From the NCBI GenBank assembly GCA_020351995.1, contig CP070674.1:3226007-3290006 (forward strand): DNA of 64,000 bases. Direction: 5' to 3'. Origin of the DNA: Candidatus Zixiibacteriota bacterium. Its GTDB lineage: Bacteria > Zixibacteria > MSB-5A5 > GN15 > FEB-12. Every line of letters starts with the position of its first letter. The stretch's first letter is position 1. The translations under genes and the position numbers were made by a program. Of the stretch, positions 38,518-48,273 are shown one piece after another. Under the pieces are notes generated by a model. That model ran no database searches. It saw nothing but the letters and a program-made list of their open reading frames with translations, and was not told where the DNA came from.

Positions 38518-40863
38518 ATGAAGCGCAGGATAACAGAGTTCTCAATAAAGTACCCCTGGACCGTGATCGGTATCGCGGTGGTAATTACCGCCTTTTTTGC
38601 TATGCAGTTCCCCAAAATGAAAGTCGACACCGATCCCCAGAATATGCTGGAGGCCGATGAACCGACCCGGCTTTTTCATCAATTCACTAAAGAAGAGTTT
38701 AACCTGTATGACTTCATCGCTGTGGGCGTGGTAAACGAGCCAACCGCCTTCACCCCCGATATGCTCAACCGCATTTATGATATCACCACCGAGATCGAGG
38801 AAATCGATGGTGTCATCCTTGAAGACATCATGTCCCTCACCACCGTCGACGACATCAAGCAGGGTGGGGGCGGTTCTCTCATTATAGAGCCCCTTATGAG
38901 CGAAAAGATCGAGTCGCAAGAGGAAGCCGACTACATTCTGGGGCGCATCAAAAACAGTCCGATTCTGAAGGGCAAGCTGGCGTCCGATGACGGTAAGGCT
39001 ATCGCTATCTTTATTCCGCTGGAATCGAAGGACGTATCTCATCGCGTGGCCGGTCAGATTCGCGAGATCACCGACCGATTTGGCGGCGGCGAGAGATACC
39101 ATATCGCCGGTCTGCCCCTGGCCGAAGACTCTTTTGGTTCCGAAATGTTTGTCCAGATGGCTTACTCCGCCCCGGCCGCTCTTCTGATCATTATGTTGCT
39201 TCTGTTGGCTTTCTTCCGACAGATGAGAATCGTCATGGCACCCATGATCGTGGCCATGATGTCGGTAATATGGGCCATGGGGCTTTTGATACTGACCGGA
39301 AACACGGTTCACATTATGTCATCAATGATACCGATATTCCTCATTCCCATATCGGTACTCAATTCGATCCATATCATCTCGGAGTTCCACGACCATTACA
39401 AGCGATACAAACACAAAGACGCCACCATCAGGCATTCCATAAATGAGCTATTTGTACCGATGCTTTTCACCTCGATGACCACTGTGGCAGGTTTCGTGTC
39501 GCTCGCTCTTACGCCGATTCCTCCGGTTCGAGTATTCGGTATCTTTGTGGCGTTCGGTATCGTGGTGGCCTGGTTCCTGTCGCTGACAATCAACCCGGCC
39601 ATCGGGATGCTTATCTCAACGAAAGCCCTGCGTAATTTCGGCAAGGCCGATGATAGCCACGGACCGTTGTCAAAGGTCATGCACACCTTTCGTGATCTTG
39701 CCCGCCGGCGCAACAAGTCAATTATAGGCGTAGCCGCCGCGGTCGTCGTAGTTGCCGCCGTTGGTCTGACTTTGATCGAGGTCAACGACAACCCGGTTAA
39801 ATGGTTCAAGAAGTCGCACCCCATCCGGCAGGCCGACATCGTCATGAACAATCACCTCGCCGGCACCTATATGAACTATCTCGTTTTCGAGTCTGAAGAC
39901 GCTGACTATATGAAGGACCCGCAGGTCCTTGGGTACATGGAAAAGCTTCAGCGCGAGCTGGAAAAAGATGAAGTCGTGGGCGGAACCACGGGGTTAACCG
40001 ATATCGTCAAGAAAGTCCGTTACGAGCTATTCGGCGCCGATTCGGCCAGGGCAGCTATCCCTGACAACCAGATCGAAGTCGCTCAGATGCTGTTCTTGTT
40101 CGAGATGTCAGGCGGCGATCCGGACGACCTGTTCAAGTTCGTCACCAACGACTATTCCAAGTCCAACCTCTGGGTTCAGCTAAGAAACGGCGACAATCAG
40201 CTCGTACAGAGGGTTGTTGACCGTGGTAATGCCTTCATGGCCAGCAATCCGCCGCCGGAAGGCCTGAATATTCAGTGGGCCGGGCTGCCGTACATTAATA
40301 TCGAGTGGCAGAAGCAGATGGTCACCGGTATGCGTTCATCGCTGCTGAGTTCATACCTTGTCGTGTTCATCATGATGATATTCCTCTTCCGGTCCCTTCG
40401 CTGGGGGCTTATTTCCATGCTTCCGCTGAGCATCACCATCATGGCCATCTATGCCTTCATCGGTTACATCGGCAAGCCTTATGACATGCCGGTAGCGGTC
40501 CTGTCATCGCTCACGCTCGGATTATCGATTGACTTCGCCATACATTTCATCCAGCGACTGCGCATGATACATGCCCGCACCAACAACTTCAACGAATCGT
40601 TCCACGAGATCTTTGAAGGCGCCGGAAGAGCTATCAGCCGTAACGTGATGGTCATCGCGATCGGGTTCATCCCCATGATGTTCTCCACGCTGGTGCCGTA
40701 CATCACCGTCGGCTCGTTCTTCCTGGCCATCATTGTGGTTTCCGGGCTGGTAACCATGCTGTTACTGCCGGCCCTGTCAGTCGCATTTAACAGAACCCTT
40801 CTGCCCGTAATCAAGAAAGCCACCGGCAAGGTTGCTGACAGGGCCTCCGGTCGGGCAGCTTAA
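38518..40863 (+). CDS. MMPL/RND-superfamily transporter
   Basis: Two repeats of TM, periplasmic domain and TM bundle; GLSIDFAIH; ATG 38518 chosen. Confidence 0.92.
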   Translation: MKRRITEFSIKYPWTVIGIAVVITAFFAMQFPKMKVDTDPQNMLEADEPTRLFHQFTKEEFNLYDFIAVGVVNEPTAFTPDMLNRIYDITTEIEEIDGVILEDIMSLTTVDDIKQGGGGSLIIEPLMSEKIESQEEADYILGRIKNSPILKGKLASDDGKAIAIFIPLESKDVSHRVAGQIREITDRFGGGERYHIAGLPLAEDSFGSEMFVQMAYSAPAALLIIMLLLLAFFRQMRIVMAPMIVAMMSVIWAMGLLILTGNTVHIMSSMIPIFLIPISVLNSIHIISEFHDHYKRYKHKDATIRHSINELFVPMLFTSMTTVAGFVSLALTPIPPVRVFGIFVAFGIVVAWFLSLTINPAIGMLISTKALRNFGKADDSHGPLSKVMHTFRDLARRRNKSIIGVAAAVVVVAAVGLTLIEVNDNPVKWFKKSHPIRQADIVMNNHLAGTYMNYLVFESEDADYMKDPQVLGYMEKLQRELEKDEVVGGTTGLTDIVKKVRYELFGADSARAAIPDNQIEVAQMLFLFEMSGGDPDDLFKFVTNDYSKSNLWVQLRNGDNQLVQRVVDRGNAFMASNPPPEGLNIQWAGLPYINIEWQKQMVTGMRSSLLSSYLVVFIMMIFLFRSLRWGLISMLPLSITIMAIYAFIGYIGKPYDMPVAVLSSLTLGLSIDFAIHFIQRLRMIHARTNNFNESFHEIFEGAGRAISRNVMVIAIGFIPMMFSTLVPYITVGSFFLAIIVVSGLVTMLLLPALSVAFNRTLLPVIKKATGKVADRASGRAA

Positions 40864-40913
40864 CAAATTGAAGAAAAAGTGATGAGAATAATAAAAGGAA
40901 AGAGAGAAGAAAA

Positions 40914-41714
40914 ATGAAGAAGGTAAGTCAATATCTGGTTCTGGTTCTTATGAGCGTCATGACCGTCAGTGCCACGGCCGCTGGCCAGGATGCCGACGAG
41001 ATTATGAAGAAGTCACACCTGGCCTACTATTACGCCGGTGACGACGGCCAGGCCGAAGTTACCATGACCCTCATTGACAAGAAGGGTAAAGAACGTGGCC
41101 GGGAGTTTTCCATGCTGCGGCTGGACCTCGAGGAGGGTGGCAACCAGAAATACTACACCTATTTCAAGAAGCCGTCGGATGTCTCGCGCCTGACCTTCAT
41201 GGTCCACAAGTCATCGGGCGGAAACGACCAGCGGTGGATTTATGTGCCGGCGGTTGACCTGGTCAAGCCGATATCGGCCGATGACAAGAACTCCAGTTTC
41301 GTAGGTTCGGATTTCTCATACGAAGATGTATCGGGCCGTCACTGGAGTGAAGACAATCATACCTTTGTTAAAGAAGGTGAGCTGGATGGAAAGGCTGTCT
41401 TCGTTATCGAGTCGGTTCCAAAAGAAAAGTACAAGGGGTTTTCCCGCAAGGTATCTTACATCGACAAAACCACGCTGCTTCCGGTGAAGGAAGAGTACTT
41501 TGACAAGAAAGACGAGCTCATCCGCGTCTTTACAGCCGAAAAGATTGAGGAAATCGACGGCATACCGACAGTTACAATTCGCTCCATGGAAAACATCAAG
41601 AAAGGCACCAGGACTGTCGTCGATTTCGCTCAAATTACCTATAACGTGGGCATACAGGACAACATCTTCACGGAACGCTATCTCAAGACACCGCCCCGCA
41701 ACTTTATAAAGTAA
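40914..41714 (+). CDS. Outer-membrane lipoprotein-sorting (LolA-like) protein
   Basis: Signal peptide; F..PSDV....F, QRWIYVPA...V.PI, SFVGSDFSYED motifs; adjacent to MMPL. Confidence 0.85.
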   Translation: MKKVSQYLVLVLMSVMTVSATAAGQDADEIMKKSHLAYYYAGDDGQAEVTMTLIDKKGKERGREFSMLRLDLEEGGNQKYYTYFKKPSDVSRLTFMVHKSSGGNDQRWIYVPAVDLVKPISADDKNSSFVGSDFSYEDVSGRHWSEDNHTFVKEGELDGKAVFVIESVPKEKYKGFSRKVSYIDKTTLLPVKEEYFDKKDELIRVFTAEKIEEIDGIPTVTIRSMENIKKGTRTVVDFAQITYNVGIQDNIFTERYLKTPPRNFIK

Positions 41715-41732
41715 GATGGGAATGGTGAGCCG

Positions 41733-42995
41733 ATGAGAAAGACAGCACTTATTATAACGGCGTTAGGGCTGCTGCTGACAGCAGCGGCCCCTTCGCAAGC
41801 AGAGGTCACTCTTGACGGTTTTCTTCAGGGACTATATGGGGCAAGGCTGGATGAGGACAACCCGACATCAACGGAGCATACAGCCTCGGAAACAAGACTG
41901 CAACTTCGGGCCGAACATTTCGGAGACCGGGCCGAGTTCTTCGGTCGCCTGGATTTCGTCTGGGACGGCTCCGATACTGTCGAATACGACTGGGAGTTGC
42001 GCGAGGGTTATTTGAAATTCCGGTTGGGCAAGTACTTCGACTTCAAGGTGGGGCGACAGATTCTTACCTGGGGGACCGGGGACTTAATCTTTATCAACGA
42101 TGTTTTCGCCAAGGACTATCGCTCGTTCTTTATCGGACGCGACGACCAGTATTTGAAAGCGCCGCAGAACGCCATCAGGGCCGAATTCTATCACGATATC
42201 GGCTCGTTGTCGCTGGTCTGGACACCACGGTTCGAGGCAAACCGTTTACCGACCGGGCGTCGGCTCAGCTATTTCAACCCGATGGCCGGTGACATAGTCG
42301 GCACCGGTCTGGGCGACGAATTTTATTTCGACCCGCCGCTGCCGGAGCCGAAGTTTGAGAACGGCGAAATAGCCACCCGCTTTCAACGGACCGTGGGCAA
42401 TTTCAACGCTGCCGTATATTTCTATAAGGGTTTTTATAAGAACCCGATGGCAATGGATATAGCTAGTATGACCGCCTTCTATCCGATACTAAACGTTTAC
42501 GGAGCATCCATGCGCGGCGCCGCAATGGGTGGGATTCTGTGGCTGGAGGGCGGCTACTTTGATTCTCGTGAGGACAAAGACGGCGACAACCCCTTCATAC
42601 CGAATTCATCCTTGACGGGGATGGTCGGCTTCGAACGCCAGGTGGCCGCCAACCTGACCGTGAACGGCCAGTGGCAGTTCGATTATATGACCGACTACGA
42701 CATTTACAAAGCCCAGCAGCCCGAAGGCGTGTTCGTGCGTGATGAGGTCAAGCACCTTTTCACCAGCCGGGTGACGAAAAGACTGAATATGGAGACTGTG
42801 ACTCTGTCAGGGTTTGTGTTCTACTCACCTTCCGACGAGGATGCCTATATCAGACTATCGGCAGAATACAAGTACACTGACGAGATAACCCTTATGGCCG
42901 GGGGGAATATTTTCGACGGCAACTACGCTAACACCGATCTGGGCCGATTCGCGATCAACGACAACGCTTACGTGAAAATAACGTATGGATTCTAA
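41733..42995 (+). CDS. Putative outer-membrane beta-barrel (DUF1302-like)
   Basis: Signal peptide; LREGY...KVGRQILTWG.GD; alternating strands; terminal YGF. Confidence 0.7.
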   Translation: MRKTALIITALGLLLTAAAPSQAEVTLDGFLQGLYGARLDEDNPTSTEHTASETRLQLRAEHFGDRAEFFGRLDFVWDGSDTVEYDWELREGYLKFRLGKYFDFKVGRQILTWGTGDLIFINDVFAKDYRSFFIGRDDQYLKAPQNAIRAEFYHDIGSLSLVWTPRFEANRLPTGRRLSYFNPMAGDIVGTGLGDEFYFDPPLPEPKFENGEIATRFQRTVGNFNAAVYFYKGFYKNPMAMDIASMTAFYPILNVYGASMRGAAMGGILWLEGGYFDSREDKDGDNPFIPNSSLTGMVGFERQVAANLTVNGQWQFDYMTDYDIYKAQQPEGVFVRDEVKHLFTSRVTKRLNMETVTLSGFVFYSPSDEDAYIRLSAEYKYTDEITLMAGGNIFDGNYANTDLGRFAINDNAYVKITYGF

Positions 42996-43047
42996 ACGGG
43001 GGCATTAACAGGTCCCCTTCTTATCGAATAAAAGGAGGCGCTAAGAA

Positions 43048-43245
43048 GTGACAGTTGAAAACTCAATCAGGTTGTTGGCCGGTACGCTGATCATCCTGTC
43101 GTTGCTTATGTACTACTTTGTCTCGCCCTACTGGCTATTGCTAACCGCGTTTGTAGGGTTAAACCTTTTCCAGTCCTCGTTTACGGGGATATGTCCGGCC
43201 GAGAAAATCATAAAAAAAGTGTTCTTTTCCAAGAAAGCCGCCTGA
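43048..43245 (+). CDS. DUF2892/YgaP-like small membrane protein
   Basis: Two TMs, FVGLNL.QS..TG.CP motif; AGGAGG RBS; GTG start. Confidence 0.85.
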   Translation: MTVENSIRLLAGTLIILSLLMYYFVSPYWLLLTAFVGLNLFQSSFTGICPAEKIIKKVFFSKKAA

Positions 43246-43257
43246 GGCGGCTTTTTT
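43234..43257 (+). terminator. Intrinsic terminator ending the MMPL operon
   Basis: AAAGCCGCC-TGA-GGCGGCTTTTTT; the stop codon forms the loop. Confidence 0.85.
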
Positions 43258-43379
43258 GATGCTTTTTCTGGGCCAAAAAATCAGTACGTTTTTTCACCAA
43301 ATCATGTATAATTTAGTGAAGAGCATTAAGTTAACATTGGGTTAAAATTATCGGCCCTTGGTGTCGATATACGTAAAGT

Positions 43380-44207
43380 ATGAAGCCTAATTTCAATATG
43401 CCGGCCTGGCGGCTGGGCATCTTCGTAATTCTCATCCTGATAGCCGTAATGAATGGCTGCAATAGCGCGGGGCCGATCGGTCGTCCTCCGGATACCTACA
43501 GCTACCGAATCAACGGGGTTCTGGTCAATAACCTCAACGCCGACCTGATCATGGGTGACACCGCCCGAATTTCTGTGCTGGTCGAACGCAATGACACTAT
43601 ATTGGGGACAGCCATGGTGACCTTCGGGACCACCATACTGGTATTCGATCGCCCGACGTTCGCTTTTGACTCGGTTTATTCCTTCGCTCTCGGACCGACC
43701 TCACTTGTTGAAGCGGGAGCCTATGGCCTGGGCCTGGTGGACTCCATCCGGTTCGGCGACACGCTGATAATGGTCGTGCCTGATACCTTCCGAATTGACT
43801 ATTACGTCGGTGCCGAGGACTCCGTAAACGTGGGCGGGCAGGAGATGCAGGTGGGATGGTTTTCGGGAGCCAATGTTGAAGGGTATGTCCTGGCGGTGGT
43901 CCTTGAGGATTCGGTTAACACCGGGTGGGGTTACTCCGAGTATGTTACCAGCCAGGCCCCTCTAACAACGATCCCCCCGGACGCTTTCCGTCTGGAAAGC
44001 GGTATTGGCGGTCTGCCGGACACGGGTTGGTATCACATCTTCATTTATGGCTACACCGGACATCCGGACAGTTCTTTCTCCGCCCCGCTGTTGCCGGTGC
44101 CACTGCCTTCGGATCTTGGCGATAATGTCGACGAGGAAGATCTTACCGGAAAGACCGGGACGGTATCCGTTACGAGGCATGTCCGGGTGCACGTGGTCGC
44201 ACAATAA
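43380..44207 (+). CDS. Hypothetical lipoprotein (beta-rich)
   Basis: Hydrophobic leader with VMNGC lipobox-like site; good ORF between a terminator and murQ. Confidence 0.7.
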   Translation: MKPNFNMPAWRLGIFVILILIAVMNGCNSAGPIGRPPDTYSYRINGVLVNNLNADLIMGDTARISVLVERNDTILGTAMVTFGTTILVFDRPTFAFDSVYSFALGPTSLVEAGAYGLGLVDSIRFGDTLIMVVPDTFRIDYYVGAEDSVNVGGQEMQVGWFSGANVEGYVLAVVLEDSVNTGWGYSEYVTSQAPLTTIPPDAFRLESGIGGLPDTGWYHIFIYGYTGHPDSSFSAPLLPVPLPSDLGDNVDEEDLTGKTGTVSVTRHVRVHVVAQ

Positions 44208-44287
44208 CGGCCTTATCTCTGGTTATTGGTCGGGGCTCTGGCCCCTTTTTTATTGCCCCGGTTTCGGCCCTGCTCTAACTTTCCCGT

Positions 44288-45208
44288 ATGCCGAACTATG
44301 ATGAGCTGATTAAACTGCTTAATCGCCTATCCACCGAACAGGTCAACGAAAACACCATAGACATTGACCGTTTACTCCCACAGGAGATCGTAAAGAAGAT
44401 CAGTGAAGAAGATAAGAAAGTCGCGGGTGTCGTGGAGAGTCAATTGCCGCAGATCAGCCGGGCCGCCGAGATTTTTGCTGATACCCTCAAAGGCGGCGGC
44501 AGGGTTTTTTATATCGGGGCTGGTACCTCGGGGCGCCTGGGCGTGCTCGATGCCGCCGAATGTCCGCCAACCTTCGGGACCGATCCAGCTCAGATCATCG
44601 GGGTCATTGCGGGCGGATACGAAACCCTGGTTTTGTCGAAGGAAGGCGTGGAGGACCAGGCTGATCAGGCAGTCGCTGATCTGAAGCGATATAATCTTAA
44701 CGACCATGATTTCGTGATTGGCCTGGCCGCGTCACGGCGCACGCCATATACGGTCGAAGGATTGAAATACGCCAGGGCGACCGGGTGCAAAACCGCTTTC
44801 ATAATCTGCAACCGCTGGGAGGAATCGACGGATTTGGACCTGGACGTAATCATCGCGCTGGAGGTCGGACCCGAGGTTATCACCGGCTCGACGCGAATGA
44901 AATCAGGCACGGCGCAAAAAATGACCCTGAATATGATCAGCACCACCGCCATGGTCCTCCTGGGCAAGACATACGGCAACCTGATGATTGACCTCCAGGC
45001 GCGCTCGGAAAAGCTGGCTGCCCGCTCCCGCAAAATTCTTATCGACCTTTTTGACATCGATGTGAAAGAAGCAGACCAGTTGCTGAAAGAATCAGATGGA
45101 TCGGTCAAAGTGGCCATCGTTATGCGGAAATTCCGGTGCGACTCGTCCGCGGCCAAAGATCTGTTGAATATCGCCGGCGGATTCATTTCCAAGATAAAAG
45201 AGTCTTAA
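44288..45208 (+). CDS. murQ: N-acetylmuramic acid 6-phosphate etherase
   Basis: TEQVN, GAGTSGRLGVLDAAECPPTFG, GPEV.TGSTRMK.GTAQK. Confidence 0.96.
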   Translation: MPNYDELIKLLNRLSTEQVNENTIDIDRLLPQEIVKKISEEDKKVAGVVESQLPQISRAAEIFADTLKGGGRVFYIGAGTSGRLGVLDAAECPPTFGTDPAQIIGVIAGGYETLVLSKEGVEDQADQAVADLKRYNLNDHDFVIGLAASRRTPYTVEGLKYARATGCKTAFIICNRWEESTDLDLDVIIALEVGPEVITGSTRMKSGTAQKMTLNMISTTAMVLLGKTYGNLMIDLQARSEKLAARSRKILIDLFDIDVKEADQLLKESDGSVKVAIVMRKFRCDSSAAKDLLNIAGGFISKIKES

Positions 45209-45229
45209 TCGGATCAGGGGGATAGATTT

Positions 45230-45796
45230 ATGTTGAGAATTTTCGGCGCTGTGGCGTTGTCGGCCGTATTGGTGTTAACCGTAATTGCCGCCGTATCGTT
45301 GCCCGGCAGTGAAACACCGGAGGCTGGCAGCGATCACGACCTGACCGTCTATGAACTCACTCTCAAGCAGGACAGCGTGTTCGCCCTGATCAACGAGGGC
45401 TACGCCACTATTAAACACATCTTCGAGCATAGCTGTTTCGATTGTCATACCGATGCCACTGATTATCCCTGGTATCACAAATTGCCGCTGGTTAAAGGCA
45501 TGATTGATGACCACATTGCTGAAGGACGGGAGCATCTCGATATGTCAAATGATTTCCCTTTTTCGGGCGAAGGCAACGTACTGGAGCTGCTGGAGGAAAT
45601 CAAAGAGGAAATCGAAGACGAAGAAATGCCCCTCAGAAGCTATCGCCTTCTTCATTGGGGGACGCTGATCGACGGAAAACAGCGCGACTCGGTTTTTCAG
45701 TGGATTGACAGCAGCGTCAGTATCCTTACCGATTTTTACGATCAATTCCGTATCGAGAATGCGACCGAAGTCACCGGCGAAAATCAGGGTCAGTAG
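45230..45796 (+). CDS. Exported monoheme c-type cytochrome (Haem_bd-like)
   Basis: Signal/TM; SCFDCH (CxxCH); YPWY; EMP..SY..LH. Confidence 0.8.
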   Translation: MLRIFGAVALSAVLVLTVIAAVSLPGSETPEAGSDHDLTVYELTLKQDSVFALINEGYATIKHIFEHSCFDCHTDATDYPWYHKLPLVKGMIDDHIAEGREHLDMSNDFPFSGEGNVLELLEEIKEEIEDEEMPLRSYRLLHWGTLIDGKQRDSVFQWIDSSVSILTDFYDQFRIENATEVTGENQGQ

Positions 45797-46033
45797 GCCA
45801 GCAATACCGTCGCCATACGCATTATCTACCTAATGCGAGCCATCGGGCGTACCGGGACGTGCATGAGCAATTGTCTGTACCGGCAGGTACAGGCATTTCA
45901 CTGAAGTCGCACCCTTCACACTCGCTCAATTCCAAGCAGGACAACATCCTAACTGTGCGAGCTCAAAAGCGGCATGGAAATTGTTTCCCTAATAGCCGCA
46001 ACACTGATCTAAACAACGCCCAGGAGTGCCAGA

Positions 46034-47182
46034 GTGCTGAACAGAATCCTACTTTTACTCGTTCTCAGCTTGCTGTTCTGGGGACTTGGTTGTTCAGAAA
46101 ATTTCGTAGACTCCGATCGGGGTTTGGAATTGCCCAATTTGAATGACCAGTTCGGCGGCTTTACAGCGTCTGATGAGAAACCTGCTTTTGACGATCCCGA
46201 TCTTCTGGCCCAGATTGACAACGATGAAGGATACAAAGACCCGATTATGGAATTGGCCGGGATTGACACCTTTCTGGCCGATGACGAAGCCGGGTTTTAT
46301 CATTTGCGAATAGTGTGGGGTCGATTACGTCTCGACACCACGGTTACCGACGCAACTGATTGGAGCGGCTCTTTATCTGTGAATAGGGGCGCTGAAATCA
46401 TTCGAAGGGTGATACGTTTTGAACCCAACCAGGATTATATCCATCCGCGTACCGACCGAAAACTGATTGAGTGGACTTCCCGGACCAGCGTCCATAATGA
46501 CGGTATAGCCGTTGATATCGTCGTTGGACGATCCAATCCGGTCCTGAATTCCACGACCACTTACGAAATCACGTCCGAAAACGACACTACTGTTACAGTC
46601 GTGGTTGATACAGCGTATCCCGTTATTGACCCGGTGGAGGTGGTAGTAAAAACCGGGCTCTTCAATAGCACTTTTACCCTGACTGAGATCAGCGCCCTTG
46701 ATACAATTATTTACCTTGACGACTCCAACGCTGTGGCTCTGCATGGTCTGCGGCTGGACCACAGGCCTTGTCCCCGCGGCTTTCTCACCGGCACCTGGGG
46801 AGTTGACGAGAACGGGCTGGGCGTTTTCGAAGGCCTCTGGGTTACCCGCAACGGCTATGTCACAGGTTTTCTTAAGGGTCACTACGGCCAGAATGATGAT
46901 GGACTTAATGTATTTAAGGGGAAGTGGATTTCGCGTTCGGGCCTGTTCGAAGGCTTCCTCGTGGGAACGTACGGTTACGAGCTGGTCGATGACACCGAAT
47001 TAGAGGAGCCCAGGGGTTATTTTAGAGGGCGAATCTATTCCGCAGATCGAATCGCAATTGGCATCCTTAAAGGGAGATACCAGGGGTCTCCGTTGGCGGA
47101 CGCAGGGTTCTTTCAGGGCAGGTGGCGAATAATCTGCCCTGATCTTCAAGATTTAACTAACGACGTTGAGGAGAATTTCTAA
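46034..47182 (+). CDS. Hypothetical lipoprotein with C-terminal Gly/aromatic beta-strand repeats
   Basis: LLFWGLGC lipobox; repeated Gx[FL]xGx[WY]. Confidence 0.75.
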   Translation: MLNRILLLLVLSLLFWGLGCSENFVDSDRGLELPNLNDQFGGFTASDEKPAFDDPDLLAQIDNDEGYKDPIMELAGIDTFLADDEAGFYHLRIVWGRLRLDTTVTDATDWSGSLSVNRGAEIIRRVIRFEPNQDYIHPRTDRKLIEWTSRTSVHNDGIAVDIVVGRSNPVLNSTTTYEITSENDTTVTVVVDTAYPVIDPVEVVVKTGLFNSTFTLTEISALDTIIYLDDSNAVALHGLRLDHRPCPRGFLTGTWGVDENGLGVFEGLWVTRNGYVTGFLKGHYGQNDDGLNVFKGKWISRSGLFEGFLVGTYGYELVDDTELEEPRGYFRGRIYSADRIAIGILKGRYQGSPLADAGFFQGRWRIICPDLQDLTNDVEENF

Positions 47183-47378
47183 GTTCCTTCATACCTTTGC
47201 CTTTGCTCATTGATTCCCGGCTGGGAAGCCGACCCGGCCGGGAGTCTGACAAACGTAAATCGCAGGTTTTGCGATACTCGGCAATGTGAGGATTGAACAA
47301 TATCGTTGGGTTCTCTGTTATATAAAGTGAAACCCACAGCAAACCCCCCTCTGTCTCTCTCAGAGACAGCCCTGCGTT

Positions 47379-47410
47379 GGGCAGGATTAGCGATAATCCT
47401 GCCCTAATTT
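47379..47410 (+). terminator. Perfect 11-bp hairpin with GNRA loop and T-rich tail
   Basis: GGGCAGGATTA-GCGA-TAATCCTGCCC-TAATTTT. Confidence 0.65.
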
Positions 47411-47430
47411 TATTCTCTATTCAGGTGGAT

Positions 47431-48273
47431 TCAATTAGCCAGTTGCCCAGACAGGTCGGCCAGCAGTGAATCAATTTTGAACTCGGGGCCCACAAGGTCC
47501 TTCAGGCTCATGTAGAGCTGATAGGCTTCCTGTTTCTTGGCCCGGTCATCCTGGCCAATTAACGCATTGGCCAGCTTGTACTTATTGATTATTGAGGGGT
47601 CTTCCTCGTACAGTGGGCGGAGAATCTTTTCAGCCTGAGCAAACTCGCCTTTATCCGTCAGGAGCATCCCTTTAGCCGACAAGAACTGCGGAAGCGGGCC
47701 GAATTTCGCAAGAGCGGTGTCAACAGTGTTCTCTGAGACATGCAGCGAGTCGATGTTATAAGCCAGGATGGCCAACTGATAATATCGCTCGGGGTTGTCG
47801 GGATCCATCTTCAAGAGCTCTCGGGCGTGAATGAAGGCGACTATGTTGTTTCCCATTTTCACATTCAGGTCGGCCAGGCGCTCGCGATAATTTTCTATCG
47901 GATCGCCGGTAAGGACCAGCACCATAATGGCTTTGATAGCGAAGTCCCACTCATTTAGTTGGGCCGCGATGGGATAAAGGGTCTCGTTGATTTCTCGGTC
48001 GTTGGGGTGAAGCAAATCGGCCCGCTTCAAATAAAACAGGGCCGAATCCAGGAAAAACTCTCGCTGATAGCTCATTCCAAGATAGTAGAGTACGTCGCGG
48101 TCAGAGGACTTCATGCTCGCAGCCTTACCAAGGTAATCGCGAGCTCTAGCATAGTCTTCGTCTTCGTAAGCTTTTTTGCCAGCCTCCTCGTATTCGGCGA
48201 GCGTACTCGGCCCACTACAACCGGTAACAAGAATTATCAAGGGTATGAGCAGCAACACGTGTTTTAGCATCAT
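47431..48273 (-). CDS. Tetratricopeptide-repeat lipoprotein
   Basis: LVTGC lipobox; TPR-like helices (ARDYL.KA, ALFYL.RA..L.P, A.KIL..LYE.DP). Confidence 0.8.
   Translation of the reverse strand: MMLKHVLLLIPLIILVTGCSGPSTLAEYEEAGKKAYEDEDYARARDYLGKAASMKSSDRDVLYYLGMSYQREFFLDSALFYLKRADLLHPNDREINETLYPIAAQLNEWDFAIKAIMVLVLTGDPIENYRERLADLNVKMGNNIVAFIHARELLKMDPDNPERYYQLAILAYNIDSLHVSENTVDTALAKFGPLPQFLSAKGMLLTDKGEFAQAEKILRPLYEEDPSIINKYKLANALIGQDDRAKKQEAYQLYMSLKDLVGPEFKIDSLLADLSGQLAN

Noticed and set aside
43243-43245. TGA stop in a hairpin loop as a selenocysteine or readthrough signal
   Set aside because: The hairpin contains the stop rather than following it, has a T-tail typical of a terminator, and the DUF2892 domain is already complete.
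45818-45837. Palindrome CGCATTA-N6-TAATGCG as a regulator site
   Set aside because: Single occurrence with no linked regulator; it could equally be a weak hairpin after the cytochrome gene.
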